In this document: piece after piece, positions 32,400 through 41,330 of the stretch
Layout of the letters: every line of letters starts with the position of its first letter
Position numbering within the stretch: the first letter of the stretch is position 1
Source: an uncultured Ruminococcus sp.
GTDB lineage: Bacteria > Bacillota > Clostridia > Oscillospirales > SIG627
Assembly: GCA_902796545.1 (NCBI GenBank)
Contig: CADBPF010000051.1
Span: 1-48,789, forward strand
Reading direction: 5' to 3'
Length of the DNA: 48,789 nucleotides
Notes under the pieces: model-generated
Told to the model about the DNA's origin: nothing
Seen by the model: only the letters and a program-made list of their open reading frames with translations
The model's database searches: none
Translations under genes and position numbers: made by a program

Positions 32400-32459
32400 T
32401 CCAATATCACACAAGGCGTGTGATCTGGAATAAACACATTATTTTTCAGGAGGTTGTCA

Positions 32460-33806
32460 ATGAAACTGGTTTACAACATCAAAGACAAGCCTGGCTTCGG
32501 CAAGACTATAGTCTTCGCCATCCAGCAGCTGCTCGCCATCATGGCGGCGACCATTGCGGTCCCGGCGATCATCGGAAACGGGATGTCGCAGTCCGCAGCG
32601 CTGTTCGGCGCGGGCGTCGGCACGATCGTTTATCTCTTGTTCACCCGCTTTAAGAGCCCGGTGTTCTTGGGATCCTCGTTTGCCTTCTTGGGCTCGATGT
32701 TCGCAGCCTTCGGCGGCGCGGCTTCCATGGAAGTCGGCTATGCCGGACTGCTCATCGGTGCGGTCTTCGCGGGTCTCGTGTACGTCGTGATCGCGATCAT
32801 CGTGAAAGTGGCGGGCGTCAAATGGATCAATAAGATCATGCCCGCGGTCGTTATCGGCCCGACGGTCGCCATCATCGGACTCTCTCTCGCCGGCAACGCG
32901 ATCGGCGACGCGCTCAGCGGCGCGGAATTCAGCGCGGCGGACAACGCCTTTGTGATGACCACCCAAGGCTGGGTGTTCTTCATCTGCGCACTCGTAACGC
33001 TCCTCACCGTGATGATCTGCTCCGTTTACGGCAAGAAGATGATGAAACTCATCCCCTTCATCATCGGTATCGTGGCGGGCTACCTCGTAGCGACCTGCTT
33101 CACCCTGATCGGCAACGCGACCGGCAACGAAGCGCTCCAGGTGATCGACTTTTCGAAGTTCAACAACATGACCTGGCTGCCCGATTTCACTTTCCTCAAA
33201 GCCTTCAAGGGCTTCGGTTCCATTACCGGCTCCTATATCGCGACCGTCGCGGTGGCTTACATCCCGGTCGCCTTCGTGGTCTTTGCGGAACACATTGCGG
33301 ACCACAAGAACCTGTCCACCATCATCGAGAAGGACCTTTTGGAAGAACCCGGCCTGCACAACACCCTCTTGGGTGACGGCGTCGGCTCCATCGCCGGTGC
33401 GTTCTTCGGCGGCTGCCCGAACACCACCTACGGCGAATCGATCGGCTGCGTCGCGATCTCCGGCAACGCTTCCGTGATCACGATCCTCACGACCGCGATC
33501 CTCGCGATCCTGATCTCCTTCATCGCGCCCTTCTCCACCTTCCTTTCCACGATCCCCTCTTGCGTCATGGGCGGCGTCTGCATCACGCTCTACGGTTTCA
33601 TCGCCGTCTCCGGTCTGAAAATGATCCAGAAGGTCGATCTGGAAGAGAACCGCAACCTCTTCACCGTGTCCGCGATCCTGATCGCCGGCATCGGCGGCAT
33701 GGCCTTAAAGATCGGTCCGGTCGTCATCACTGAAGTCGCTTGCGCGCTGATCCTCGGCATCATCGTCAACCTCCTGCTCTCCAAGAAATCCAAAAAAGCC
33801 GAGTAA
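32460..33806 (+). CDS. NCS2 family nucleobase permease (uracil/xanthine type; most like uracil permease)
   Basis: ATG 32460 with AGGAGG at 32448-32453 (the track start 32454 is a TTG). 448 aa polytopic protein. QQLLAIMAATIAVP, FLGSSFAF and GESIG motifs of the NCS2 family. Confidence 0.88.
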   Translation: MKLVYNIKDKPGFGKTIVFAIQQLLAIMAATIAVPAIIGNGMSQSAALFGAGVGTIVYLLFTRFKSPVFLGSSFAFLGSMFAAFGGAASMEVGYAGLLIGAVFAGLVYVVIAIIVKVAGVKWINKIMPAVVIGPTVAIIGLSLAGNAIGDALSGAEFSAADNAFVMTTQGWVFFICALVTLLTVMICSVYGKKMMKLIPFIIGIVAGYLVATCFTLIGNATGNEALQVIDFSKFNNMTWLPDFTFLKAFKGFGSITGSYIATVAVAYIPVAFVVFAEHIADHKNLSTIIEKDLLEEPGLHNTLLGDGVGSIAGAFFGGCPNTTYGESIGCVAISGNASVITILTTAILAILISFIAPFSTFLSTIPSCVMGGVCITLYGFIAVSGLKMIQKVDLEENRNLFTVSAILIAGIGGMALKIGPVVITEVACALILGIIVNLLLSKKSKKAE

Positions 33807-33819
33807 GAAAAACCATATT

Positions 33820-33852
33820 AAAAAGCCGACGGCAAACGCCGTCGGCTTTTTT
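33820..33852. terminator. bidirectional terminator between the permease and maa genes
   Basis: AAAAAGCCGACGGC-aaac-GCCGTCGGCTTTTTT. Confidence 0.85.
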
Positions 33853-33863
33853 ACTAATCGCAT

Positions 33864-34448
33864 TCAAAGGTGCCGTTTTCCGGAAAGCTCTTCTTCACTC
33901 AAGGGGCGGAGCACCTTGCAGGGATTGCCCGCGGCGATCACGTTTGCGGGGATGTCTTTTGTTACCACGCTGCCCGCGCCGATGATCGTATTGTCCCCGA
34001 TCGTCACGCCGGAGAGCACCGTTACGCCGCCGCCCATCCAGACGTTGTTGCCGACCGTGATCGGAAAGGCGTATTCCATGCCCGCGTTTCGGGTTTGCGG
34101 ATCGTGCGGGTGCTCCGGCGGATAAAACCCGCAGTTCGGGCCGAGGAACACGTGATCCCCGAAACGCACCAGCGCGCCGGAAAGGATCGTGAGATTGTAG
34201 TTTGCGTAGAAATTCTCGCCCACTTCCACGTTGAAGCCGAAGTCGCAGAAAAAGGGCGGTTCAATCGTCAGATGTTCGCCGGTTTTGCGCAGATAGGATT
34301 TCAAGAGCGCTTCCCGCTCCGCTTCCCGTTCCGGCGGGATCTGATTGTAGCGAAAGCAGATCGACCGGCTTTCCAGATAATCCTTGCGGATCTGTTCGTC
34401 GTAGGCGTGATATAAGAGCCCTGCGTGGCGTTTTTCGGTCTCCGTCAT
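33864..34448 (-). CDS. maa: maltose/galactoside O-acetyltransferase family (hexapeptide repeat)
   Basis: 194 aa. Mac-type N-terminus (GLLYHAYDEQI) and left-handed beta-helix repeats (VWMGGGVTVLSGVTIGDNTIIGAGSVV). Confidence 0.85.
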   Translation of the reverse strand: MTETEKRHAGLLYHAYDEQIRKDYLESRSICFRYNQIPPEREAEREALLKSYLRKTGEHLTIEPPFFCDFGFNVEVGENFYANYNLTILSGALVRFGDHVFLGPNCGFYPPEHPHDPQTRNAGMEYAFPITVGNNVWMGGGVTVLSGVTIGDNTIIGAGSVVTKDIPANVIAAGNPCKVLRPLSEEELSGKRHL

Positions 34449-35707
34449 CGTACTACCTCGTTTGGATCAAAGTTTTTCAATGCCCCCACCGCGTCGCCCG
34501 GATCCGAATCCAGCGCAAGCGGCAAAAAGTGTTCCGTGTGGCCGTGCGCGACGCCATTTTCGATCTTCTCGACCAGAATCGCGTGCTCCAGCGGCAAAAG
34601 CGTATCGAATCGTTTCTTCCCGACCCGCTTTGCAGCTTCATCCAGATCGCCCGCACGGCGGCGTTTTTCAGGCTCCGGGATCTGCCCCGGCAATTTCGCG
34701 GCGACCGTCCCTTCCCGTTTGGAATACGGGAAAATGTGCGCGTGCAAGAGCTTTGCGTCCTCCACGAAGCGGCGTGTTACAAGAAAGTCCTCCTGCGTTT
34801 CGCCCGGAAAGCCGCAGATCAGATCCGCGGTCAGGGCAAGATCTCCGCGCACGGCGTAGAGATGCTCCACGCACTCGGAAAGCTCTTTTTCTCCGTACGG
34901 ACGGCGCATGGCGCGAAGGACGTTTTCCGAAGCGCTCTGCACGGACAAATGGAACTGCGGCATCACTTTCGGATTTTGCAGGATGCGGCGGCTGAATTCT
35001 TTGGTAAAGATCGTCGGCTTCAAGGAGCCGAAGCGAATGCGCGATACGCGCTCATTTTCGGCGATCCGCTCGGAGAGCTCGCACAAACGCTCCGCGCCGA
35101 ACGACGCGGTCTCGATCCCGGTGAGCACGATCTCTCGCGCGCCGTGCGCGCACAGCGCGCCGACCTCCGAAACGATCTCGTCAAGCGGGCGGCTGCGTTC
35201 TCTGCCGCGCAGATACGGCACGATGCAATAAGTACAGAACTGGTTGCAGCCGTCCTGGATCTTCACAAACGCGCGGGGCGAATACCAGCGATCGATCGAC
35301 GGGGTATCGTAGATCTTCGGGATCGAATACCCGTCTTTATCCACGCTTCGTTCGTCGCAAAAGCGCACCAGTCCCGGCAGATCGGCGTTTCCCCAGACCA
35401 CGTCGAGCTCGGGGTACAGATCGTACAGTTCCCCTTCGCGCTTTTGCCCCATGCAGCCGAACAGGGCGACCACCCCGCCCGTCTTTGCTTTCCGGCGCAG
35501 AGCGCGGGAGAGGTAGGAACGGCTTTTGCGTTCGCTTTGCGCGGTCACGGCGCAGGAATGGATCAGCATCACGTCCGCACCGCTCTCAAAGGAGCGCTCG
35601 GTATAGCCGCGCGCCGCAAAGGCTTCGCGGATCCACTCGCTCTCGTAAAAATTGATGCGGCAGCCGAGCGTTGTGATCGCAAAGGTCTTTTCAGGGGAGA
35701 TACTCAA
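34445..35707 (-). CDS. mtaB: tRNA methylthiotransferase MtaB-like (radical SAM, MiaB family)
   Basis: 420 aa. FAITTLGCRINFYES (UPF0004 domain), CNQFCTYCIVP (CxxxCxxC), C-terminal TRAM-like part. The only workable start is TTG 35707 with GAGGTGG RBS. It overlaps the obg end by 17 nt and the maa start by 4 nt. Confidence 0.85.
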   Translation of the reverse strand: MSISPEKTFAITTLGCRINFYESEWIREAFAARGYTERSFESGADVMLIHSCAVTAQSERKSRSYLSRALRRKAKTGGVVALFGCMGQKREGELYDLYPELDVVWGNADLPGLVRFCDERSVDKDGYSIPKIYDTPSIDRWYSPRAFVKIQDGCNQFCTYCIVPYLRGRERSRPLDEIVSEVGALCAHGAREIVLTGIETASFGAERLCELSERIAENERVSRIRFGSLKPTIFTKEFSRRILQNPKVMPQFHLSVQSASENVLRAMRRPYGEKELSECVEHLYAVRGDLALTADLICGFPGETQEDFLVTRRFVEDAKLLHAHIFPYSKREGTVAAKLPGQIPEPEKRRRAGDLDEAAKRVGKKRFDTLLPLEHAILVEKIENGVAHGHTEHFLPLALDSDPGDAVGALKNFDPNEVVR

Positions 35708-36962
35708 ATTCCACCTCGTAGATCCGCACGGTATCGCCCTCGGTCGCGCCCGCCGCGCGCAAAGCGTCGATCACGCCGATGCGCTTCAAGGTGCGCTGGA
35801 AATACATCATGGATTCCCGATCGTAGGGGTCGATCGTATAGAGAAAACGCTCCAGATTCGGCGCCGTCACGACGAACGCGCCGTCGTCGGCACGGGTCAC
35901 GGCAAGGGCTTCCTGCGGCTTTTCATCCAATTCGTCCGTGGTGATCTGCGGCTCAAAGACCGGCTGCGGCGGAAGCGTTTGCAGCACCTCGTAGGTCGCG
36001 TGGATCAGCGCGCGGATCCCCTCGTTTCGCAAGGCGGAAAGCGCGAAAAAGCGCAAGCCGGCTTCCTTGCAGAAGGCTTCTAACTTCTCGCGGTTGGCTT
36101 TGCTTTCCGCAAGATCGCACTTGTTGCCGACCACGATCTGCACACGCCGGGCAAGAAACGGATCGTAAACTTGTAGTTCCCGGTCGATCTTTTCTTTTCG
36201 CGCGACCGGATCGGAGTCTTCGGACAAGTCGATCACGTGCCAGAGCACGCGGCAGCGGTCGATATGCTTCAAAAAGCGCGTGCCGAGCCCGACGCCGCTT
36301 CCGGCGCCCTCGATCAGCCCGGGCAGGTCCGCCGCGACGAAGCCTTCTCCGTCGTTTCCCGCGCGCACCACGCCGAGCATCGGCTCTAAGGTGGTAAACG
36401 GATAATCCGCGATCTTCGGGCGTGCCGCGGAAACTTTGGAAAGGATCGTGGACTTTCCCGCGTTGGGAAAGCCGACCAGACCCACGTCCGCGAGCATTTT
36501 GAGTTCCAGCGTCAATTCCCGCTCGATCGCTTCCCCGCCGAGCTTGGCAAAACGCGGCGCTTGACGGGTAGAAGACGCAAAATGCGAGTTGCCGAACCCG
36601 CCTCTGCCGCCTTTTGCGGCGATATAGGTGCCGTTTGCCGACATATCGTAGAGGATCTTGCCGCTTTCTTTATCCCGGATGATCGTTCCGGGCGGCACGT
36701 CCAACACGAGATCGGGGGCGCTTTTGCCGCGGCAGTTGGAATTCTTGCCGTTTTCGCCGCTTTGCGCAATGAATTTGCGATGATAGCGGTATTTTAACAG
36801 CGTGTTTTCACCGGGATTGACCTTGAACACCACGTCGCCGCCGCGTCCGCCGTCGCCGCCGTCCGGTCCGCCGTGCGAGATATACTTCTCGCGGTGAAAG
36901 GACACGCAGCCGTTGCCGCCCGCGCCGGAACGGATGGTGATATCCGCTTTATCGATGAGCAT
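35691..36962 (-). CDS. obg: GTPase Obg/CgtA
   Basis: Start re-set to ATG 36962 (AAAGGAG RBS). MLIDKADITIRSGAGGNGCVSFHREKY, glycine-rich Obg fold, G1 GFPNAGKST, G3 DLPGLIEGA, NKCD. Confidence 0.95.
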   Translation of the reverse strand: MLIDKADITIRSGAGGNGCVSFHREKYISHGGPDGGDGGRGGDVVFKVNPGENTLLKYRYHRKFIAQSGENGKNSNCRGKSAPDLVLDVPPGTIIRDKESGKILYDMSANGTYIAAKGGRGGFGNSHFASSTRQAPRFAKLGGEAIERELTLELKMLADVGLVGFPNAGKSTILSKVSAARPKIADYPFTTLEPMLGVVRAGNDGEGFVAADLPGLIEGAGSGVGLGTRFLKHIDRCRVLWHVIDLSEDSDPVARKEKIDRELQVYDPFLARRVQIVVGNKCDLAESKANREKLEAFCKEAGLRFFALSALRNEGIRALIHATYEVLQTLPPQPVFEPQITTDELDEKPQEALAVTRADDGAFVVTAPNLERFLYTIDPYDRESMMYFQRTLKRIGVIDALRAAGATEGDTVRIYEVEFEYLP

Positions 36963-36983
36963 AGCCTGCTCCTTTCCGTAACG

Positions 36984-37018
36984 AAAAAACAAAAACGGGC
37001 GTCCGTTCGGGCACCCGT
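36984..37018 (-). terminator. hairpin plus T-run between rpmA and obg (terminator/attenuator)
   Basis: On the minus strand: ACGGGTGCCCGAACGGACGCCCGT followed by TTTTTGTTTTTT. The stem is imperfect. Confidence 0.5.
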
Positions 37019-37033
37019 TTTTTCAAAATCGAT

Positions 37034-37312
37034 TCAGTCGGCGGTCACGCAAACCGTCTTTTTCCCGCCGGCGGCGAGAATGAAATGCACGGTACCGTCG
37101 CAAAGGGCAAACAGCGTGTCGTCCGAGCCGCGGCCGACGTTGGCACCCGCGTGGATGTGGCTGCCGCGCTGACGCACTAAAATGTTACCGGCAAGGCAGG
37201 CCTGACCGTCCGCTTTTTTCACGCCGAGGCGCTTGGACTGAGAATCACGACCGTTTTTCGTACTGCCGACGCCCTTTTTATGTGCGAAAAACTGTAAATC
37301 AAGTCTGAACAT
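37034..37312 (-). CDS. rpmA: 50S ribosomal protein L27 with N-terminal propeptide
   Basis: [24 protein letters not shown]. The 9-residue Firmicute propeptide is removed by Prp. I prefer ATG 37312 over the track start 37327. Confidence 0.93.
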   Translation of the reverse strand: MFRLDLQFFAHKKGVGSTKNGRDSQSKRLGVKKADGQACLAGNILVRQRGSHIHAGANVGRGSDDTLFALCDGTVHFILAAGGKKTVCVTAD

Positions 37313-37323
37313 AACTATTCCTT

Positions 37324-37644
37324 TCATTGGCTGACAGCGACCCGAATGGAATCGGGATACTGTTTTTCATAATCCTGAAACTGCACTCTTAATCCCTGCA
37401 GAAGATCCTGCGCCGCCTCCGCTTGCGCTTCTTCGATCCGGATGGTCAGATCCCCCGGATCCTTTGCCGAAACGTAAGGGCTCAAGCGCTTGACTTCTTT
37501 TAAGGTATTGACCGTATAGGTCATGATACCCGTAACCGCGGCACACAGAGGATCGATCCCCTGTTTCACGCTTTTCGCGTGTCCGCGCAGGGTCACCGCT
37601 GTGATGCGGTCAAACGCATCCACGGTGAAGGTCACCGAGATCAT
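37324..37644 (-). CDS. prp: ribosomal-processing cysteine protease Prp (YsxB family)
   Basis: 106 aa between rplU and rpmA. GHA...DPLCAAVT contains the His/Cys dyad context. Confidence 0.88.
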   Translation of the reverse strand: MISVTFTVDAFDRITAVTLRGHAKSVKQGIDPLCAAVTGIMTYTVNTLKEVKRLSPYVSAKDPGDLTIRIEEAQAEAAQDLLQGLRVQFQDYEKQYPDSIRVAVSQ

Positions 37645-37958
37645 TTCCCCAAAGAAACGTTCGTGATCTCAACTTTGGTGTAGGGCTGACGATGGCCTTG
37701 CTTCCGTTTCTCGTTTTTCTTCGGCTTGTAGCGCAGAACCACGATCTTCTTGGCACGACCGGTCTTCAAGACCTTGCCCTCGACCTTTGCGTTTTTCACC
37801 GTAGGATCGCCGCAGACAAGACCGTCTTTGCCGGAAACGGCAAGCACCGTGTCAAAGGTAAGGGTATCGCCCTCGGCCTTGTCCATCTTTTCCAGATAGA
37901 TCACGTCGCCTTTTTCGACCTTGTACTGCTTCCCACAGGTTGCAATCACCGCAAACAT
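37641..37958 (-). CDS. rplU: 50S ribosomal protein L21
   Basis: Start re-set to ATG 37958 (GAGGTG RBS). MFAVIATCGKQYKVEKGDVIYLEK...GHRQPYTKVEI. Confidence 0.95.
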   Translation of the reverse strand: MFAVIATCGKQYKVEKGDVIYLEKMDKAEGDTLTFDTVLAVSGKDGLVCGDPTVKNAKVEGKVLKTGRAKKIVVLRYKPKKNEKRKQGHRQPYTKVEITNVSLGK

Positions 37959-38057
37959 GAAAAGCACCTCGCTTTCTGTTACGTCTCGCTGTGCAAAGGC
38001 ACGGGCGGATCCCGTTTGATGCCGCAAAAAAGCGGCGCCTATCACAAGCGGCACTCT
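37959..38057 (-). promoter_or_regulatory. structured ~95-nt 5' leader of the rplU operon (possible r-protein leader)
   Basis: Contains hairpins TGCCGC...GCGGCA and ACGGG-atccg-CCCGT. An L21-operon leader RNA is described in Firmicutes, but I cannot verify the match by eye. Confidence 0.25.
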
Positions 38058-38086
38058 ATTATAACGGTTCGGTATCCATTTGTCAA
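38058..38086 (-). promoter_or_regulatory. consensus sigma-A promoter for rplU-prp-rpmA
   Basis: On the minus strand: TTGACA (38086-38081), 17 nt, TATAAT (38063-38058). Confidence 0.75.
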
Positions 38087-38093
38087 GCGTTTT

Positions 38094-39113
38094 TTATGCT
38101 TTGATCCAAATCAATTCCCGCGCGTCGGCAAGCGCGCTTTGAAAGCGCCCTTCCAGTCCCCCGGACAGGACCACGCTGCCGTCGTCGCGCACGAGGATCA
38201 ACTCAAAATCCCCCTCTGCGCGCCACAGATCGAAGGCCGCCTCTTCCCCGAGTATGAAACAGGCGGTGGAAAGCGCGTCTGCCTTGGCTCCGGAAGCGCA
38301 AAGCACGCTCACGGATGCAAGCCCGCTGTCCGCGCAAAGCCCCGTGCGCGGGTCGATGATATGATGATAGAACTTGCCGTCTTTTACGAAATTGCGCTGA
38401 TACGCACCCGCGGTCACGAGCGAGGCGTCGGTGAATCGAACGGTCCCGAGATAGGAGGCGCGATCGATCGGATCCGTGACCGCGACCGAAAAGAGCTTAT
38501 CGCCCGGCTTCTCCCCGAAGGCGCGCACGTTGCCGCCGAGCGAGATGATCCCGGCGCTCGCGCCGTTTTCCCGTAAAAGATCCGCGCAAAGATCGCCGAG
38601 ATAGCCTTTCGCGATCCCGCCGAGATCGATCGACTGCCTCGCGCCGACGGTAACGCGCGTACCGGTAACGCTGACAGACTCGGAATCGACGAGCTTGCAC
38701 AGAGCGTTTAGTTCCTGCTCGTCCGGCACGCGGTAGTCGCCGGTATAGAAGCCGTAAGCCGCGACGAGCGGAGCTACGGTGCAGTCGAACGCGCCGTTTG
38801 TCAGGCGCGACGCGGCAAGCGACTGCCGCACCAGATCCGCGACCGTTTCGGAAACCTCGACGCCCGTTTCCGCGTGCGCGTTGATCCGGGATACCTCGCT
38901 ATCGGGGAGCGTATTGGAAACGCGCGCTTCAAAGTCAAAAACCATCTCCCGCGCCCGGATCAGCGCGTCCTGCGTCCCGTAAACCGTGATCGTGTTATAG
39001 GTATCCAGGGCAAAAAACGTTTCCTCGTGCTTCAACGGAGCGCAGGAAACGCAAAAAAACGCGCAAAGCGGCGCGAGAAGAAAAGCGATCGGGCGAAATA
39101 CGGTTCGTTTCAT
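38094..39113 (-). CDS. apbE: FAD:protein FMN transferase (ApbE family) lipoprotein
   Basis: 339 aa. Lipobox FFCVSC, FALDTYNTITVYG, IDLGGIAKGY, HHIIDPRTG. Confidence 0.9.
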   Translation of the reverse strand: MKRTVFRPIAFLLAPLCAFFCVSCAPLKHEETFFALDTYNTITVYGTQDALIRAREMVFDFEARVSNTLPDSEVSRINAHAETGVEVSETVADLVRQSLAASRLTNGAFDCTVAPLVAAYGFYTGDYRVPDEQELNALCKLVDSESVSVTGTRVTVGARQSIDLGGIAKGYLGDLCADLLRENGASAGIISLGGNVRAFGEKPGDKLFSVAVTDPIDRASYLGTVRFTDASLVTAGAYQRNFVKDGKFYHHIIDPRTGLCADSGLASVSVLCASGAKADALSTACFILGEEAAFDLWRAEGDFELILVRDDGSVVLSGGLEGRFQSALADARELIWIKA

Positions 39114-39151
39114 GTTCCCGATCGTAGCAGATTTTCAAAAAAAAAGCAAGT

Positions 39152-39183
39152 AAAAAAGAAAACCGCCTGCCGACGGCAGGCGG
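39152..39183 (-). terminator. intrinsic terminator after the ZIP transporter gene
   Basis: On the minus strand: CCGCCTGCCG-t-CGGCAGGCGG followed by TTTTCTTTTTT. Confidence 0.8.
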
Positions 39184-39195
39184 CAAGACCGGCGT

Positions 39196-39975
39196 TTATC
39201 CGAGCGCCACGTCCAGCGCCATCATCACCGTAAAACCCGCCGCAAAGGAGATCACGCCCACGTTGGAATGCGTTCCCTGCGACATTTCCGGGATCAGTTC
39301 TTCCACGACCACGTAGATCATCGCGCCCGCGGCAAAGCTCAAAAGATACGGCATCGCCGGCACGACCAGCGCGGCGAACAGGATCGTAAGCGCGCCGAAG
39401 ATCGGCTCCACGGCGCCGGACAGGACTCCGTACAGACAGGCGCGCGCGCGGCTCTTGCCCTCCGCGTGCAGCGGCATGGACACAATCGCGCCCTCCGGGA
39501 AATTCTGGATCGCGATCCCGAGCGCAAGCGCCATCGCTCCGCCCGCCGTGATCAACGACGAGCCGTTCAGAAGACCGGCATAGACCACGCCGACCGCCAT
39601 CCCCTCCGGGATATTGTGCAGCGTGACCGCGAGCACCATCATGGTCGTGCGGGCAAGGCGGCTTTTCGGGCCTTCCGCCGCGTCGGCGTTGCGGTGCAAG
39701 TGAGGGATGATATGATCTAAGAAAAGCAAAAACAGGATCCCCGCCCAAAATCCGGCAAACGCGGGCAGAAACGCGAGATTACCGAGCGGCTCGGATTGCT
39801 CGATCGCGGGTACGATCAAGCTCCAGATCGACGCGGCGACCATCACGCCCCCGGCAAATCCGGTCAGCGCGCGCTGAACGGAAACGCTCAACTCTTTTTT
39901 CATGAAAAAGACGCAAAGCGCCCCGAGCGCGGTACCGGCAAACGGGATCAAAAGCCCGAAAAACGCGTCGTTCAT
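39196..39975 (-). CDS. zupT: ZIP family divalent metal (zinc) transporter, ZupT-like
   Basis: Polytopic protein with HNIPEGMAVG and QNFPEGA motifs. ATG 39975 preferred; the track start is GTG 39990. Confidence 0.85.
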   Translation of the reverse strand: MNDAFFGLLIPFAGTALGALCVFFMKKELSVSVQRALTGFAGGVMVAASIWSLIVPAIEQSEPLGNLAFLPAFAGFWAGILFLLFLDHIIPHLHRNADAAEGPKSRLARTTMMVLAVTLHNIPEGMAVGVVYAGLLNGSSLITAGGAMALALGIAIQNFPEGAIVSMPLHAEGKSRARACLYGVLSGAVEPIFGALTILFAALVVPAMPYLLSFAAGAMIYVVVEELIPEMSQGTHSNVGVISFAAGFTVMMALDVALG

Positions 39976-39980
39976 TTTAC

Positions 39981-40226
39981 TCAAAACCACCGTTTCTTTT
40001 CCAAGGGCTCGACGCGCATCCCCGCGTATCGATAACCCGTTTGTTCGATCGCCTCACGCAGTTTCGTTTCTTCGACCGGCAATCCGGTCAAAAACGAAGC
40101 CTCGTTTGCCGCGCGCTTTGCCGAAACCTTTTTCGCATCCGGCACCGCCCGGCGGATCGCGTCGCGGATATGCGCTTCGCACATACCGCACGACATCCCC
40201 TCGATCGTCAGCGTGATTTTTTCCAT
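39981..40226 (-). CDS. heavy-metal-associated (HMA) domain protein, CopZ-like metallochaperone
   Basis: 81 aa. MEKITLTIEGMSCGMCEAHI carries the GMxCxxC metal-binding motif. GGGAGGG RBS. Confidence 0.85.
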   Translation of the reverse strand: MEKITLTIEGMSCGMCEAHIRDAIRRAVPDAKKVSAKRAANEASFLTGLPVEETKLREAIEQTGYRYAGMRVEPLEKKRWF

Positions 40227-40242
40227 GACGCCCTCCCTAATA

Positions 40243-40287
40243 GTTAGCCTTTGCTAACCATTATATCACGCTTTCTCAAAAAAGCAA
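40243..40287 (-). promoter_or_regulatory. sigma-A promoter plus GGTTAGC-N4-GCTAAC palindrome at the start of the HMA-ZIP operon
   Basis: On the minus strand: TTGCTT (40287-40282), 16 nt, TGaTATAAT (-10 at 40265-40260), g, GTTAGCaaagGCTAAC (40258-40243). Confidence 0.55.
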
Positions 40288-40290
40288 GGG

Positions 40291-41310
40291 TCAAGCGTTG
40301 CGATCCGAAGCCCTTCGGCTCAGATATTCATTGAACAAATAGATTTTGTAGTCGTCCATGCTGAACGCTTTGTCGGATTCAGGATCGCCGTACGCCGATA
40401 CGAGATCCGGCCACAAGCAGTGCTTTGCCGCGTTGAGGGCAGGCGTATTGCCGGTCACGATATTCCGGACCAGTTCTTCCGCCCGGGCGGTTTTCAGATT
40501 CCCGATCTTCCACTCGTCGGTCATGTGTGTGAAATTATAGTAAACGTCAAACCGATTGGAAACGTTTAAGGTGATCTCGTTTCCGATCAAAAAGACCGGA
40601 TGGGAGTGATCTTTGCGCAACTCGTCGCAGCATTCGCGTTCCGATCGCAGGCGGTCGTAACCGTGATATACCGCTTTCAATTCATCCGGAATATGGCGCT
40701 TTTCGATCCGGATCGGATACAATTTCCGGTTTTCCCCGTCGCAAGTCCCCTCGTGGACGAAAAACTCCAATTCCGGGCAGCGCTGTTGCCGGATCCGCTG
40801 CGCCGTCTCGTATAGTTTGACGATCTCTTCTTTGTTTTCTTCGTTGAGGAAGCATTGCCAGCGCGGAAGGATCCCGCCGTCGATCAAACGCTCCGTCGCG
40901 CACATCACCTCTTCGTAGGCGCCTTTTCTGCCGACGTATCGGTCCTGCGTATCTTTAAGTCCGAAGAGCGTCAGCTGAACTTTTCGGACCCCGACGGATT
41001 TCAAAAACGAAACGTAATGCGGATCCCGGACGATCAGATAAAAGCTCGCCAGCTCAAAACGCTCCGGAACCGCGTTTTTGGAGATCAAAAGATCCCGCTT
41101 CCAACGCGCTTCGTAATCCTCGCAATAGTCCGGCTCGCGCAGCCAACTGTAATAGGCGATTTGGTCGAAAAACGGCGAGAAATAGTCCACGATCATCTCA
41201 TCCGCGCCGTCTTCCATTTTCCGGTTCGGCAGGTGTCCCAACCAACAATGAAGACAGCGATTCGGACACCCGTTCATATCGACGACCAAATTCAATTTCT
41301 TTGCACTCAT
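40291..41310 (-). CDS. radical SAM protein, function unknown
   Basis: 339 aa. CPNRCLHCW (CxxxCxxC) near the N-terminus. GGGAG RBS. Confidence 0.75.
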   Translation of the reverse strand: MSAKKLNLVVDMNGCPNRCLHCWLGHLPNRKMEDGADEMIVDYFSPFFDQIAYYSWLREPDYCEDYEARWKRDLLISKNAVPERFELASFYLIVRDPHYVSFLKSVGVRKVQLTLFGLKDTQDRYVGRKGAYEEVMCATERLIDGGILPRWQCFLNEENKEEIVKLYETAQRIRQQRCPELEFFVHEGTCDGENRKLYPIRIEKRHIPDELKAVYHGYDRLRSERECCDELRKDHSHPVFLIGNEITLNVSNRFDVYYNFTHMTDEWKIGNLKTARAEELVRNIVTGNTPALNAAKHCLWPDLVSAYGDPESDKAFSMDDYKIYLFNEYLSRRASDRNA

Positions 41311-41330
41311 TGGTTTTCTCCCGCAAATCC

